In this document: piece after piece, positions 21,376-34,847 of the stretch | Layout of the letters: every line of letters begins with the position of its first letter | How positions within the stretch are numbered: the stretch's first letter is position 1 | Source of the DNA: Gnetum montanum | Taxonomy: Eukaryota; Plantae; Gnetophyta | NCBI GenBank assembly: GCA_015680685.1 | Contig: MNCI01000668.1 | Coordinates: 292,049 to 356,048 of the forward strand | Reading direction: 5' to 3' | DNA length: 64,000 nucleotides | Notes under the pieces: model-generated | Told to the model about the DNA's origin: nothing | What the model saw: the letters and a program-made list of their open reading frames with translations, nothing else | Database searches by the model: none | Program-made: the position numbers and the translations under genes

Positions 21376-23726
21376 GTCCATGTGATCTATGAATAGGCTT
21401 GCTTGAAGCTTCATGCAAATGAATTTTTACTGCTCATCATTGAGCATTATGTACTTAGGATCCTAGTTGCACAACCTAAGGGATTGCCTAGGCTCTACCA
21501 TGGTAGGACTAGCAGGGTGGTCAACCTTGTTTTCTTATTGAGTAGGTAGGATAATGAGTGTGCTTGGAATAGATGCTAAAGTTTTCTTAGAATTAATGAT
21601 GCTAATTGAAAGTTATGGAAGAAAGGACTAAGTTTGGAAATTACAAGAAAATGGCTAAGTCTAAAAATTGCGAAAAAATGGCTAACTTTGGAGAAAATGA
21701 CTAAGTTTGAAGATTATAGAAAAATGGCTAAGTTTGGAGACTACACTCTCTACATTGAGAGCCCAGAATTTAGCTAAGTGTAGAAATGGATATTATATCT
21801 ATACCAACCTGTTGGTAGATAATGCCTGCACTGGCCTAAGATCCAGCTATTGTTGCATGTGGTAGGTCCACAGGGGTGTTGGATCTACACTAGCTCAAAG
21901 TTAGCAATGATGATGCAGAGAGCACATGAGACAATGACCAATATAGATTGAAGAAGGAAATGGATCAGCCCTCCTTCTAGTCCTAGAAAAATTGTAGTAA
22001 TTGAAAATGTCAACAATTGAAATGGAACACTGAGAGGTTCGTGGGTGCACAGCTTTAACCCTGAGTCCACATGAGGCCTTGCTAGAGGCAGAGATGGGGT
22101 TCTAAGAACAATCTTATTGATCAAGCAGGGACTTACCAAATGTAATGCCAAATAGTGCTAAGTGTCTAATGATGTTCACAGTGTCAGCAAGGACGAGTGT
22201 AGTCAAGGTTTTTAGTGCAAAAAAAGGGTGTCAATGCATGACGATGCCTTAAAATAACCAAAAATGCAAGTAAAATGCCTAAATACAAGTAAAAATGCTA
22301 AAAAATATAGAGGGAAGAGAGTGAAAGAGAAAGTGATACCACCCCAAATAGGGTTGAGCATAGTTAACATTAGAAGGGGTGAGAAGGTACGTGGTGTACT
22401 GTAGGCACAGTGGATAGTGTAGTCACAATCTTGAGGGTGTTTGGCCATGAAGATTGAAATTACACCATGGTGTTTGTGCCTACCAGGTTGGCCACCATAG
22501 TGTACAGTAGATAGTGATGGTTTACGGTATCCTATGGTGAGCTACGGTGGTGTGCAAATGCCTTGCCTTGCCAAAATGCCAAATGTTCTTTGGGTTTGCT
22601 AATCTTACTTCAATTTTACCAACTGAAATGCAAAAATGCCAACCCTTAAAATGTCAAGGGCTAGGGTATTTATAGGCCTAGGATTTTTATGAAATGCAGA
22701 TAAGTTGCCGCATGGTAGTGGGATAGTTGGGACTACGTTGTACCCAACTATGCTCTTCACTAAAGCAAATGATGTTATGTTCTAGTATGCTCTAATGGAC
22801 TCTGTGATATTGCCAGACTATGACTACACTACCAACTACATGTTCATGAGCTGATCAAGACCACAATGTACCTAAAAAATGTGAAAAAATGCAACTTTGA
22901 AGGTGATTCTTGGAGACTATGTTATCCACTGTCTCAAGTGGGGTCAAGCATAGTTACAATTTGGGGACAAAAGGGAGTGCAACAAAGATGCAGTTTTGCT
23001 AACTACACTAGATGTAGGTGTGTTGGAGCTAAGGTGAGTGTTGATGCTACATTGTGGAGGCCATTAATGTTGTTCTAGCTAACTACACTTGACTATGCTC
23101 TAGACTAGGGGAGAGCATAGTCCAACACTTAGAAATGTTTTTGCAGAACATGGTCATGTGTTGACTACACTCTCCATGGGAGATTTCCTATGCTCCCAAC
23201 TAGGGTCAAGCATAGTCCCAACACTTGGAAATTTTTTTTGGAAAATCTAGCTTCCAATTGACTACACTTGACTATGCTCTAGTCTGGTTAAGAGTGTAGT
23301 CCCAATGCTTAGAAATTTTTTTGCCAAATTGGATCTTCCATGCTAACCACACTTGACTACACTCTAGTGTAGTGGAGAGCATAGTCTTGACACTTAGAAA
23401 AACTTGTAGCTATTGGCTTAACACTTAGCAAAATTTGTAAATTGGCCTTTGGTGTTGACTATGCTCTCTACTGAGTTGACTACACTCTAGGGCAGTGGAG
23501 AGCATAGTCCCAAACTTAGAAAATTTTGCAACTTCTTGCTTCATGATGACACTTGGGAAAAAGTGCAAAAAAATAGTCTTTAGAGTTAACTACACTCTCG
23601 ACTGGCTGACTACACTTTGGGGTAGTGGAGAGCATAGTTCTAGCACCTAGAACAATTTTTAGATTCATGTTGACACTTAGACAAATTTGTACTTGAGAAG
23701 ATATCTCCAAATTTGGTGGTGTTTCA
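19736..23726 (-). mobile_element. E3: Tat/Ogre-like family copy, 3'-truncated within gag (5' LTR 21993-23726)
   Basis: LTR start revcomp TGAAACACCAC at 23726 and LTR end at 21993. PBS ~21968-21986. Gag fragments such as MEDLLSYFIMCFKYNLKPKTTLGQLMQ (20132-20350). Confidence 0.85.
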
Positions 23727-23765
23727 GCCTTTACATGATGCTAACATTTTTTACCTTTGTTGTAG

Positions 23766-25569
23766 TGGTGATTGCATTTGGTGAGCTGACAATGATCACC
23801 ATGGGCTGCACAAAGGCCACCCTCATCATGAAGTATGGAAATGTGGAGGATGCACAACACTAGCTGTGTCATAAAGCTCCAGATGCACTGATAGCTTAGC
23901 TCATGATGAACCTATTTTTGGCCCTTAGCTCAAGTATCTTGGTGGCATAAATGGTCACCATCATTAACTCCTTCAATAATGACATCAAGTAGTTTCGCAC
24001 CTAGATGCATGATGTGATGGTAGTGTTGGACCTCAATGTGGCCTTCTTTGCCAACCTCTTTGGCCTCCCTACTAATGGTCTGACAATTGTTGATAAGGCT
24101 AATAGGGAGGTAGATCATAGAGGGTAGATCAAGGACTAGTTAGGGGCCACTAAATCTCACAAGGGAATACTAATTAAGGATGTGCTTGTGCCTGAGGTGT
24201 GGGAGCTCTATGCTCTTTTCCGTGCTCATGCATTTTCAAAGTTACTCTCCCAAGGAAAGATCCTTGAGGTAGAATAGGCATGGATGATGAAGGAGATGCT
24301 GATGGAGGGTACGAGGTTCAACTAGGCTACATACATAGCCACTAGCTTGCATGCAAAGATCTCTAGGCTACGGTTCAACCTCTAAGTGAGGTCCCATGTC
24401 CACTTCATGTTCTTCGCAGGATACCTATGAAGGTTCATGGAGCTCTTGGTTGTGAGCGATGATGGGTGATGGCTTGTGTAGGGTCATGAGTAGCTCTCCA
24501 AGCAATGGATTAAGCACATGTTCATGAATACACATGCATAGGACCCCCTTAGAGGGGATCGATGAGTCATTATCTGTAATGACTAAGGGTTTTGTGGGGT
24601 AGTCACATTACTCTGGCGATAGCATGGACAAGGGTCCTCTAGTTGGCACTAGGGATGTGAATAAGGTAGATCATTATATCATAGAGATGGTGGGACCATC
24701 TAAGGCCAAGATTAAGAGGCCACATCCTTAGAGGAGGTTGCCCCTAAGGATGGAAGGCTAAGCAGCAAGAGGATCCATATTAAGCTTCAAAGCTTATGCA
24801 CAAAGGTTGTAGGTTAGTATGTGTAACTTGTTAGATGCATATATTTTATTAATTTATGTTTATATTTTTATATTTTTCTTTTACGTTATACTATTAACTA
24901 GCTAATGACATGCATATGTGTACTAATGTGCTATGTATGGATATGCATTAATTGTAGAAATAAGAGAGAGGGCTGCCAGAGCAACAATCAAGGTGGTAGC
25001 AGAAGAAGTGCTTTCTCAAGTTGAGTGGGGGGTCAGGGGCACTGCTCACAAGGATGAGCCTCACAAGGCACCAAAGATCCTTTAATAGTTGGAGGAAGAG
25101 GGGTTGCTCCACCTTGATGGGGATGATTTTGATAGCCTGTTCAATGGTGTGTAGCTAGGTGAGCCCCCTACACTCACGCTTGAGGGCTTGCTAGGTAACT
25201 AACTTGTGTTGCCATCTATTATTGCCTATTTGATGGAGCCACCTTCATGGACCATCATGGACAAAGGCAAGACCCTTACAGGGATTTACTTTTGCCAATA
25301 GGACTAGACACAACTTTTCGAGACTGAGATCATTCGATGCTTGGAGGTTGGCCTTGGAAAGTTACCTCCAAAACTCACCGATGCAAGACCCTCTCAGGTT
25401 AGTTTTCTTAATGTTTTTTTGCATGTTTTTGGTTAGCATGTGTAGTGCATATTTTCTTACTAATTGCATGTTTTCATTGTGGTTATGGTAGCAGGTACCA
25501 CGCAATGTTGTAGGCTCCAACGATGCGGTGGAGGAAGAAGAACCTCCACCCCCACCTAGTGCCAGTTGA
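23766..25569 (+). pseudogene. Spliced extra gene antisense to E4 (exons 23766-24812, 24958-25397, 25495-25569); ~520 codons; putative plant-mobile-domain/transposon-protein-like
   Basis: Introns 24813-24957 and 25398-25494 both have AG|GTTAGT donors, TACTAAT branch points, T-rich bodies and YAG acceptors. A further branch/acceptor (TGCTAAC...TTGTAG) ends at 23765. The frame is preserved across both junctions (phase 1, then phase 0) and ends ...EEEEPPPPPSAS*. Confidence 0.75.
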
Positions 25570-25819
25570 TCATGATCAAATGTATCTCTGTTGTTGGGCA
25601 TTTTTGCTATTTTTGATATATTTTACCACATGATGATGGTTATGCTATGTATTGATATTCATATGACATCTAATAAATGTATTTACTATATGTAATGTGT
25701 AATGTGTAAACTTTTCTTTTTTATGATTATTTGCTATTTGCTTGCTATACTTATAACACGATGAGTTAATGTGTTAAATTAGGACTATGTGAGGATAATG
25801 TGACTATGTCATTACAAGC

Positions 25820-26090
25820 CCCATGATAGTTTAAGGCCATAGCGAAAGGGCCAATGCTAGTTTAAGGTCATTCCAAGCCGTGTGAGTTGCTAGTTTAAGG
25901 TCATTTTAGACTGAATTGATAGTTTTAGGCCATTCTAAGCCATGTATTACTATTTTTAGGCCATTTGGGGCCATAACGAGAGGATTAACAGGGGTTGTTT
26001 AAAGCTATTTCAGGCCACTCATTACCATTTTAAGTCCATAGTGGGTCGTAACATTGCTAGTTTAAGGCCATGGCGAGTTATCTATTGCTA
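25820..26090 (-). repeat. E4 internal tandem array (revcomp of GGCCTTAAACTAGC units)
   Basis: Repeated GCTAGTTTAAGG(C/T)CA on the plus strand. Confidence 0.8.
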
Positions 26091-26329
26091 CCTCTTATTT
26101 TTGTGATTTTAGCTTTTATGAGTTTTACACATTTTGATGTTTTTTATGCATGAAAGTAAATGAATTAAAGCAACAATGGTAGAAATGTAAACTAAGCTAT
26201 TGAATGTGTAGGTGATGCAAATGGTAAGCTAAGAAATTAAACTAAATGCAAATAATATGCTACAGCGCTAATGTGACATAAATGGGAAGCAAGATGTAGG
26301 ATGCAAGGAAGCAAATAGCGGGCAAGTTC

Positions 26330-29300
26330 CTAGCATTTTTTTAGACTAAGGGGGTACCTTAGTCATGCAGTTTCTTCCTAATCTAGTGTGGATTAAGGGG
26401 CACATAGGGCTTAGGGTGCAGTATTTAGTAGTCTTCTAGACCCTTGCTTACTGCATTGAAGGGTAATTGTGCCCACAAGGCATCGTCCAAGAGGTCATTG
26501 GCTTCTACCAGCTCTTCGAGTGCATCGACCTCATGTATTTCATTGTCTACCAAAGGTGTGCTATCAGGGAACTTGACCTTCGACCCTTGCCGCATGTCTA
26601 TGCTATTGATAGCTAGATGGATGACATTATCATCATGGATGATAACTTTACCACCTTCATATGAAAGGTGAATTTCCTAAGGAGGAGATGATCCATAACT
26701 AGGCCAGTTAATGTCTACCTAATATCATGTTAAATCCTGGCATCTCCTCTATCATGATGAATTTGATAGTGGTGGGGAATTGCTCCCCTACCACGAAGGC
26801 TATTATGATGGTACCCTTAATGATGATGCACAACCACTAAAGGACCTTGGGCATGTGGTTTTCATTTGCTTGATTTGGTTTGCGAGGCCTAACTGATCAA
26901 TGTGCACCCTTTAAATCTTACATTTCCTGACACATATGGTGATAAACATAGGGGAAATTATGACCTCATCCTTCTTAGGGTCAATGTTAATTACCTGATC
27001 ATGAAATGTGAGGGATTTGGAGCTTGATTCTTGTGGCATAGGGGGCAACATCACTGCGTGGATGGAATTCTCATATGTAGGGATGTCCTCCATGATAACA
27101 ATGGAGATCAACATGTGCACTAGAATTTCTCAGTGGGAAAATGAGGTAATGATTAGGTCATAAAGGCTCAATGTCATGTTCTTCTATTTTAGTGCTTGCT
27201 TAACTTGGGCTAATGCATCTATGAAGTCTTTGCCATTAGTTGTGCTCTTGTTGGCTTTGACTTCTTCCATATGTCCTAGAAGATAAATCTCCTTGACAAC
27301 AAAGGATGACTAAATTATTTTTGTTGCAAAATTTTGTGGGACCCTAACCACAAAGGGAGTTGTAGGTGCCTATGGTGGCACTTTGATGATGAAAGGGGGC
27401 CTCACACCCATAGGAGCTATAGAGGCCTTTGCACTACTAGAGGGTACACAAACGACAAATGGCTGCTGCACTAGTTCTAGGTTGTCATCAATGTTGATAA
27501 CATTTATGACATAGCCTACATCATCCATATTTAGAGGGTCCTTGTACACCCTCATAGATTGGTTTTGAGGTGTAACTAGGTTAGTAGCATCAAGTACCAA
27601 CTCATCCCTATCAATCATTTTTTGAAGGTAATCTTGCAGGGCTATGCAAAAATCAATGTTTTGACTCAGCAACTGGTGGTAGTGGTAGAACTAATCCAAC
27701 TTAAAGTATTTTGAGATTGAGGGCTCATTCATGGCTACCAACGCTATATTCCTTAGGATCTCGCAATATCTATCATGTCTTTTATGAGCATCTTTGAATA
27801 TCTACTTGTACTGGATATGTCCAACATTTATCAGTTGGTCCAATAGTTCTGAAAGTTTTAATGGAAGTGGGGTGTACTTGGAGTGATCCTTGTGCTCAAA
27901 GTTAGGACTTGGAAAAGCTTTCACCATGGACACCAATCACATGGGCTAGTTAGTTGCTATAGTGCTAGGGTTAGTGGTTTTGTTGTTGGCTGGGGCCTTG
28001 GGTGGCCTAGTTGTTGGGCTTGGGTTGATTGTTCTAGCCTCTTTGGCCACAGTTGCCATGGTTGTAGTTTGCTTCCCCATATCCTTGTTGTTTTTTAGCA
28101 TGCAAGATTTTGTAGGCCATGTAGGCTAAATCCTTACTAGATTGGCTGAATCTTGTATGCTCTTAGTCTAGGCAAAGGCTTGGCTCAGAGACTACGAGAC
28201 CAAGTAGTACAATTTTGACCTAATGATGGCCAATAGGTGCATCTTAGCTATTAGCTCTTAATTTTCATTCAACGAGGTGCTCCAGCATTGGATGAATTTT
28301 TGCACAAGCTCGAGGTGGCCTTGCTTAATCTACATTAGTTGATCTAGAGTGGTTTTAGGCTTTAGGTTGTACTTAAAGCACGTCACAAACTAGCTTAGAG
28401 GATCCTCCAAAGAAGAGATAGAGCTCCTAGGTAATGCACAGTACTAATTTAGTGCCTTGCCATTGAGTGACATGGAAAAAACATGTATGATGGTGTGTGG
28501 CCATGCTTGTAGTAGTAGGAACTCAGACCTGAATGTCACCAAGTGTGTCTTGGGGTTTCCTTCACTATTCTACTTGGTGAATTGGGGCAACAAGATCCTA
28601 GTTGGCATAGTCAGTCGTGAGATAGCAGGACTTATTGGATTATGCTGGTAGAAGTCCACTACATGAACTATTTTAAAGGAGGCGGATTTAAGCTACTTCA
28701 CCTCCTCTATCAAGGTTTGGATTAGTTGGAATGCTTGATCCAAGTTTTGGGATGCTATAGTGGGCTACACTGGTTGTGCTACCCGTTTTGCTATTTGTGT
28801 GGTCCATGACCTAGTTGTAGGTTTCAAGACCATGCAAGGTGCTTAATGCATTGGTTGTGTTGAGGGCACAGTGACTAGGGCAAGGCATGCATGCATGGCT
28901 TAGACCACTACTGAGGGTGCTGATGAAATAGGTAAGATGTAAGGTGCTTGAGTCATTTGGAGCTGAGAGACATGCACTGTGTGAATGTAAGGTTGAGTTG
29001 GCATGATTACTACTAATAGAGATGACTAGACAAGTTGTGACAATGCCACAAAGGGCAAGTTAATAGGAGGCACTACATCATGATGTGTATGCTATGTTTG
29101 GTGCATCTCTATCATAGGCATTGACCTGGAAGGTGACATCGAGGCTATGATTGTCTTAAAAAAGATAGGTGAACGGGATTGCAGGAGGGCTAGACTTGGG
29201 ATTTTCCACTGGAAGATGGTGTAAAAGGAGTCCTTATGCTTGGAACAAGCTTTAAACTCATCCTCCTCTCCCTATAGGGGCTCCTCATAGTTTGTTTCCA

Positions 29301-29436
29301 CTTCATGCTCATTTGCTTGAACAAGTTGGGCAAGTAACCAATAGTAGGGTTTTGTGAGTGGGATGAAGTTGATGGGGAAGGGGATGTACTCCCATCCATT
29401 TCAATGGATACACTCGTAGCCTAATTTTGCTTCCAT
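26330..29436 (-). pseudogene. E4 gag-protease, decayed; protease active-site segment deleted
   Basis: ORF 27370-27672 (FCIALQDYLQKMIDRDELVLDA) matches E2. Protease reads VHID|QLGL versus VHIENGAAINVTPYTIIDKLGL in E2. Confidence 0.85.
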
Positions 29437-30143
29437 GTTAAAGTAGTTTACAAATAGGCCTACTTGGATCTTTGCACAGATGAAGTTGTATTATTCATCA
29501 TTTAGCATGGTATACTTGGGGTCTTGACCACATAGCCTAAGGAATTGCCTTGGCTTTGCCATAGCAAGACTAGCAAGGTGGTTAATCTTGGTTTCTCGTT
29601 GGGTGGGCAATACAGTGAGTGTGCTTGGGACTAATGTCGAAGGTTATTTAGAACTCATGTATGTAGATTAATTTGCAAGAAGAGATTGTAGAGGTTGCTA
29701 GTTGTGAGAAAATGGCCAACTCTGCTAGTTGTAGAAAATGGCTAACTTTGGTGACTAAGAAAAATGGCTAACTCTAGTGGTTGCTGAAAGATGGCTAACT
29801 TTGGAGACTGCAGAAAAATGGATAACTATGGAGACTATGCTCTCTACATTTAGAGTTAAATATGCTCTCTATTTATCACCTAGAATTTAGCTATGGAAAT
29901 GTGTGTTGCTATGCATGGTTTTGAAGGAACCAACTATTGGTTCCAATCTACACTAATTGGTTAGTAGATGATGCCTACACTAGCATAAGATCCAGCTACT
30001 ACCACACATGTAGTAGGTCCATAGGGGTGTCATAGTCTATGCTAGCCCAAAGTTAGCAATGGTGAAGTAGAGAGCATGCAAGACAACTGTAATGGAGATC
30101 AAAGAGGAAAATGGTTCAAGCCTTCCTTTTAGCACTGGAAAAT

Positions 30144-31966
30144 TGTAGTAATTGAAAATGTCAATGGCTGGGATGCCAAGCGATCCATGGATGCACAATC
30201 CTAACCCCATGTCTATGTGAGGGTCTACTAGAGGTAGAGATGGGGTGCCCTAAATGGTCTTGTTGATTGAATAGGGACTTACCAAATGCAACCAGGGTGT
30301 AGCATAGTTAGTTACAATGCTGATAAAAAATGGTGCTAAGTGTAACGATGTCAATGGGGTCAAGTGTAGTTAGGTTTCTAGAGAAAATGAGGGTGCCAAC
30401 ATGTGAGGGCCACCGCCTAAGCATAGTTTTAGGCACGACTATGTAATGAAATAGTAGAAAATGAAAATCAAATGCTAAAAATGCAAGGAAAGAGAGAGAG
30501 AAATAGAACACCATCCCAAATGGGGTTGAGCGTAGTTAACTCTAGAAGGGGTGAGAAGGTACACAATGTACAATAGGCACAGTGGATAGTGTAGTCACAG
30601 TCTTGAGAGAGTTTGGTTGTAAGACTAATGTTTCACTGTGGTATCTGTGCCTACAAGGTTGGCAGCCATGGTGTGCAGTGGGTTGTAGTGTCTTGCAATG
30701 GGTTGTAGTGGTCTATGGTAGTCTACAACTTTGCTAAGATGCCTCTGGTTCCCTCCCAAGAACTCCTAAAGTTTGCAAGTTTGTGAAGTCTGAAATGTGC
30801 CAATGCTTTAAATTTGCCAATCCAAATTTTTTCCAACCATGAAAATATCAAGGGTGGGGGCATTTATAGGGCTAGGTTTAGCATAAAATGTGAAGGGACT
30901 TCCACATGGTAGTGAGATGATTACGACTACACCATTACCCAACTATGCTCTCCATTGAGGCTAGTGGTGTTGTTCTTTGTTGTGCTTTGCCAGACTCTAT
31001 GAGACTATGAGACTATGAGACTGTGACTATGCTACCAAGTGCATGTATATGTGCCAAGAAGACTATAATGTACCTAAAAAAATGCAACTTTGGAGACTAT
31101 GCTCTCCATTTTCTTGTTTGGGGTTGAGTGTAGTTATAATTTTGGGGACAAAAGGGATACAAAAAGATTTATTTTACTAACTATGCTTGTTGGAGGTGAG
31201 TTGGAGTTGAGATGAATGCTAGTGCTACATTGTGAAGGCCTTTGGAGGCTATTTTGACTGACTACACTTGACTACTTTTTGGACCAAGGGAGACCATAGT
31301 CCCATCCTTAGAAAAATTTTACAAAAAATGGCTATGTGTTAACTACACTCTCCACTAGAGGCTGACTATGCTCCCAACTAGGGATGAGTGTAGTCCTAGA
31401 ACTTGTCAAAACTTGCAAAAACTAGCATAAACTAGCTTCCAATTGACTATCCTTGACTATGCTCTGGGCTGGTTGAGAGCATAGTCTCAACACTTAGAAA
31501 AATTTGCAAAAAACTAGGTCTTGATGTTGATTATGCTGGACTACGCTCTAGGGTAGTGGAGAGTGTAGTCTCAGCACTTAGAAAATTTTGTGACAACTAG
31601 CTTGACACTTAGAAAAAATTGCAAAACTAGCCTTTGTGTTGACTATGCTTGACTATGCTCTAGGGCAGTGTAGAGCATAGTTCCAACCCTTAGAAAATTT
31701 TGCAAAAACTAAGCCTTCATGTTGACTATGCTCTCCATGAGAGGTTGACTATGCTATGGGGTAGTGAAGAGTGTAGTATCAATACTTAGAGAAATTTGTA
31801 GCTTCTAGCCTCCTAATGACACTTAGAAAAAATTGCAAAACTAGCTTTTGTCTTGACTACACTCTCTACTAGAGGCTGACTATGCTCTTAGCTGGGGTCA
31901 AGCATAGTCTCAACACATAGCCAAATTTGTAGTTGAGATTTTGTAGTCTAATTTGGTGGTATTTCA
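30144..31966 (-). repeat. E4 5' LTR (~1.82 kb)
   Basis: Family termini, TATA near 30863-30869 (minus), long palindromic U3 array ~31240-31920. Confidence 0.85.
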
Positions 31967-34380
31967 AATGACTCTTGAGTGAACAAGAGTAATGAGTAGG
32001 TATGAGTGATGGGGATCCATCCTTGTATTGACTAGCAATGAGTCATCCAAATGAGGTGGCCTAAGTAATTAGCCTGATGGGTGGAGGTGGATCCATTTTC
32101 TTATACCAAAGAACATAGTTGTTTGCAAGGTTGAATCCTAGTGCCAAAGAGGTTACAATATCTCTCGCAAAATAATAGTCACTCCTACAAATCTTTGGGA
32201 ATGCCATGACCTTCTTAGTGTACTTGGAGGAAGGTGAGGAGGCAACAATATTGGTGATGCAACATCAAGGGCAAGAGACAACAACAGAAGTGGTTGTTGA
32301 TTGAATAGCCAAAACACTTAATGCATCTTCAGTGTCTATACCAAACATCGCTACACTCAAGGATGTGCTGATGTCTGTAGGAATCATAAGCGGAAAGATA
32401 GATGCAACACAATACAAAGAATTGATGGACTGACTGGTGGGAATTAGGCAATCGCTTCTAGATGTATTTGACCTTTCAGATAATATGACTGCAACCTAGT
32501 TGAAGCTACTAGAGGCAAGGGGCAAGAACATCATCTTGGAAGGGAAACTTGAAATAGCCAAGGAGTTGAACGAATGCTTAGCTACTAAAGTTATCAAATT
32601 AAGAGTCCAAATTACTAACCCTACATTTCTCAACCTGCCATTGACAAGAGATGGAGCTAGTGAACAACTTCACACTAGACTAAAAGGGGTTGAGGGTGCA
32701 ATGGAGATGATGGTGTTCTACTTATTGTTGGCAAAGGCCACACATCACAAAATTTTAAAGGCCTTGGATTAGATCAACTAAGAGAACATATAATTGACTA
32801 CAAATAACCATCGCCTATGGAATGTTAATGAGCACAAACAATAATTAACTGACTTCATCCATTAATAGTAGGAGCAGCTAACAAGAGAAAACACAAAATT
32901 GAAGAGATTAGTAGTTGAAAATAGAAACCTCTTCATGCAAGAGGTGCATGCCCTTTACTAGAAAACTATGATCAATGCAGTCACTTGGAAAGTGGAGGCT
33001 CTCAAATTTGAGAGAGTTAAAGATCATTACAGAGAGCAGGTCAGTCTACAAAAAGAAGTAAATGAAAAAAATATCTAGTTGGCTTTGCCAAAAAACTATG
33101 ATCGAGGTAGTCTCTTGGAAATTAGAGGCTCTTAAATTTAAGAGAGTCAAAGATCATTACAGAGAGTAGGTCGGTCTACAAAAAGAAGTAAATGAAAAAC
33201 ACATCTACTTGACAAAGATGAAAGTAAATGAAGCCCTCCAGCAATTCTTGCAAGGAAGAGAAGTTTGGTAGCCTATCATTGATGGGATAGATGTCTACAA
33301 CAAGGTAGAGATTTGCATGAAGGATTTGCAAATTGAGGGGATGAAGGAATACATGGAGCTCACCAATCTTCAATACATAAATTTGGCCATGTTAACTATT
33401 GGATGACCATGGTTAAAACTAGAAAAATAGGTGGCCAGCTTGTACTTGTTGTACAAGGTTGAGTTCAAGGATCACAAAGACACCAAGCAAAAGCTTGTGG
33501 TGGCAAATGTTGAAATCAAAGTTCTTAAGGGCAAATAAACTAATCAAAGATCTATTGCCAAGAACATAGCCAAAGAATGAATGACTACTAGGAGCTATAA
33601 AACGTAGTAAGGGCATTCAATGTTGAATGCAAACAATTCACTACCTAGTTTGTCAATGTAAAGAAGATGTTCTCGATAATGCCATGTTCATCGTATATTC
33701 CCATTCTAGCTCACATTGGTGATGCCGTATGGACTATGAATGATCCCTAGAGTAAGGAGGAGAAGATGAAGGCATTATTGGATGCCTTTTGCCTTCCATC
33801 CGAGGTCGCAGCTATAGGAGGACAACCATACCTACATTAGCCACTACACATGCTTGAAACTAGTGAAGGTCCTTTAGAATCTCAGGAGCCTTTATTGCCT
33901 AGTATTGTTTGATCTTCTCTACCATCTTTTTGCCATCATAGGACGTGCTATCCAATTTTGAGTTGTCGTGTCATGATGTTCAATTTTGTGTCATGAACAC
34001 CACAATTTTTGTAATTTTTTGGTTTGTACACTTGGGCACTCAATTTTGTCAAGTTAATTTCTTATGTTAAGAGTTAGTCAATAATTCCATACCTTCCCAA
34101 TTTTGTAAAGGAAATTGAGGATGAGTTTTTATTTAGTCATGGGGGTATGATGAATGTTAAAGTGTCGCATCGATGAATTCCTATCAATGGGGCCTCGTTT
34201 ACATGGTGTTACCCCATTGATGGGGCCGTGTCGACATAGTGTTTGTTATGTCTATAGGGCCCTATTGATATAGCCCTAAAATAAAAACTATAAATACATG
34301 CTCACAACTATGTTTATGGGAGGTCAAGTCATAGTAGTAGTAGAGCTCTTGTAGATTTTCGATTTGAAAGAATATTGTAT
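31967..34380 (+). mobile_element. Athila-like 3' remnant: decayed coiled-coil extra ORF, PPT (34141-34147) and start of 3' LTR (from 34148)
   Basis: GGGGGTA|TGATGAAT junction. 34150-34380 is the revcomp homolog of the LTR at ~53990-54226. The ORF is homologous to 19170-19735. Confidence 0.75.
32962..33212 (+). repeat. 130-bp tandem duplication inside the Athila extra ORF
   Basis: AAAACTATGATC...AAAGATCATTACAGAGAG...CTACAAAAAGAAGTAAATGAAAA at 32962 and 33092. Confidence 0.8.
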
Positions 34381-34847
34381 AATGATAACTAACTAAACTA
34401 AACTACTAACACCATCCATGGCAATAACATCAATGTTAAGTAGTGAATATGTCTAATGCCCAATCATACAACATACAAGCATCGTGGTAGATTATGTCAT
34501 AATCCATGGATAGGCTAGCATTAGCATTAAGTCTCTTTAGGTAATTGCAAGTCATTGTTTTCCAATCTAGACTTATAGTGGTCCTTTAAATCCTATGGTT
34601 AAGCCTATATGAGACACATGATCATTGCTATTGTAATGACCATAGTCTAATATAAGTGAAAATATAAGAATTTACACTTAATATCTAATTAAATAAAGCA
34701 TTTAAAACAAATATTAATCCAACTTAAGATTATGAGTGTTTAATTTCCTAATCACTCATCATGTTCTAGACATGTTTATTTATCATTGAGAATATCAAGA
34801 AATTATGCTACTAGGCATACTAGTAAACAGTTATTGAGATTATTAGG

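Larger units (their letters stand above)
23727..31966 (-). mobile_element. E4: Tat/Ogre/Retand-like copy (5' LTR 30144-31966) with gag-protease, repeat array and antisense extra gene; 3' end interrupted by E3
   Basis: LTR, PBS 30113-30137, gag/protease 26330-29436 and array 25820-26090 are all homologous to E1/E2. No PPT next to 23726. Confidence 0.8.

Noticed and set aside
21993-23726. Interpreting this LTR as the 3' LTR of E4
   Set aside because: The family PPT is absent next to 23726, the LTR is followed by a PBS and gag, and it interrupts an intron.
30113-30137. tRNA-Asn gene
   Set aside because: Only the 3' 25 nt match, directly beside an LTR; it is a PBS.
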